25,775 nt of DNA from contig CAZDUP010000002.1 in assembly GCA_964508625.1 (NCBI GenBank), forward strand, positions 1 to 25,775. Direction: 5' to 3'. The position numbers and the translations under genes were made by a program. The notes under the pieces are model-generated. The model saw only the letters and a program-made list of their open reading frames with translations, was not told the DNA's origin and did no database searches. Source of the DNA: an uncultured Thermodesulfobacteriota bacterium. GTDB taxonomy: Bacteria > Desulfobacterota > GWC2-55-46. Of this stretch, positions 24,877 through 25,775 are shown piece after piece (position 1 is the first letter of the stretch; every line of letters starts with the position of its first letter).

Positions 24877-25775
24877 ATGATGAAGTTCACTATCTCCAAG
24901 CATGACTTCATAAAGGTGCTCCAGAGGATACAGGGCATTGTGGAGAAGAGGAACACCATGCCGATCCTCGCGAATGTCCTTCTGGACGCCGCAAACGGCA
25001 AAGTCAACGTGATGGCAACGGACCTTGAGGTCTTCATAAAGGACTCTGCCCCGGCAGGGGTCGGAGAGGACGGGTCTGTGACGGTCAACGCGAGAAAGCT
25101 CTTTGAGATAGCAAAGGAGCTTCCAGGTGACAAGATAGACGTGACTTCCGGCAAGGACGACAAGATAACGTTGAAGGCCGGCAAGGCCAGGTTCAACGTC
25201 ATGGGCCTTCCTGCAAAGGACTTTCCGGTATTCCCTGCTGTTGAGGAGGGTGTATTGGAGGCGATAGACGGAGAGGCCCTGCGGGAGATGATAGACAAGA
25301 CCTCCTTCGCGGTATCGACCGACGAGACCAGGTACAACATCAACGGCTTTCTGCTTGAAAGGGAAGAGGGCAGGATAAAGATGGTGGCCACAGACGGCCA
25401 CAGGCTCGCCCTTGTTGTGCGGAGCGGAGATAATATTGCCAAGGGACAGAAAGAGGGCGTCCTGCTGCCGAGAAAAGGCGTGATGGAGATGAAGAAGGTC
25501 CTCGACGAGAAGGAAGGGAGCTTCTTTCTGGGCATAACCCAGAAGAACGCGATAATGAAAAGGGACAATACGGTAGTTATCGTGAGGCTCCTTGAGGGTG
25601 AGTTCCCTGATTACAGGAGGGTCATACCCAAGGACAATGACAAGGAGGCCATCGCCTCGAGGGACGAGCTCCTTTCGTCTTTGAAGAGGGTATCCATACT
25701 TTCTACGGACAAGATAAAGGGCGTAAAGTTCGGTTTCGCGGACTCGAAGGTGGTCCTGTCGTCATCAAGCCCGGA
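24877..25775 (+). CDS. dnaN: DNA polymerase III beta clamp, partial (runs off the window end)
   Basis: Manual translation: MMKFTISKHDFIKVLQRIQGIVEKRNTMPILANVLL...AVSTDETRYNING...MVATDGHRL...EGEFPDYRRVIP. AGGAG RBS; start at 24877 or 24880. Confidence 0.97.
   Translation, partial: MMKFTISKHDFIKVLQRIQGIVEKRNTMPILANVLLDAANGKVNVMATDLEVFIKDSAPAGVGEDGSVTVNARKLFEIAKELPGDKIDVTSGKDDKITLKAGKARFNVMGLPAKDFPVFPAVEEGVLEAIDGEALREMIDKTSFAVSTDETRYNINGFLLEREEGRIKMVATDGHRLALVVRSGDNIAKGQKEGVLLPRKGVMEMKKVLDEKEGSFFLGITQKNAIMKRDNTVVIVRLLEGEFPDYRRVIPKDNDKEAIASRDELLSSLKRVSILSTDKIKGVKFGFADSKVVLSSSSP

Noticed and set aside
24855-25568. Minus-strand 237-aa and plus-strand 178-aa ORFs over dnaN
   Set aside because: Shadow frames; the true frame is dnaN, missing from the track because it has no stop in the window.

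Overview
Origin-proximal chromosomal window of a moderately GC-rich bacterium; gene content suggests a deltaproteobacterial/Desulfobacterota-like organism (inference). Left to right: amphi-Trp protein, OsmC-like protein and a zincin; a four-gene membrane operon (two GT-C-like proteins plus two paralogous 3TM/winged-helix-like proteins); a foreign-looking trypsin-like protease downstream of tRNA-Ser(UGA); serS; ubiX; a stress block (clpB, hsp20, DUF1844, degP/Q); a probable glnE - DUF4388/TPR/ExeA-like fusion - gdhA operon; dnaA; oriC; and the 5' part of dnaN (absent from the ORF track because it runs off the window). Intergenic DNA at 1-72 and 6.9-10.8 kb holds several short palindromic repeat families. 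Best leads: (1) the GT-C pair plus TM-wHTH pair operon, (2) an oriC with DnaA boxes ending mostly in CAACA and a B. subtilis-like DnaA-trio unwinding module, (3) a ~60-bp composite inverted repeat bracketing serS, (4) intrastrand-triplex repeats, one with 9/9 perfect triads, (5) the DUF4388-TPR-AAA-TM fusion. No CRISPR array, rRNA, integrase or transposase was seen. All family assignments come from motif recognition by eye; no database search was run.
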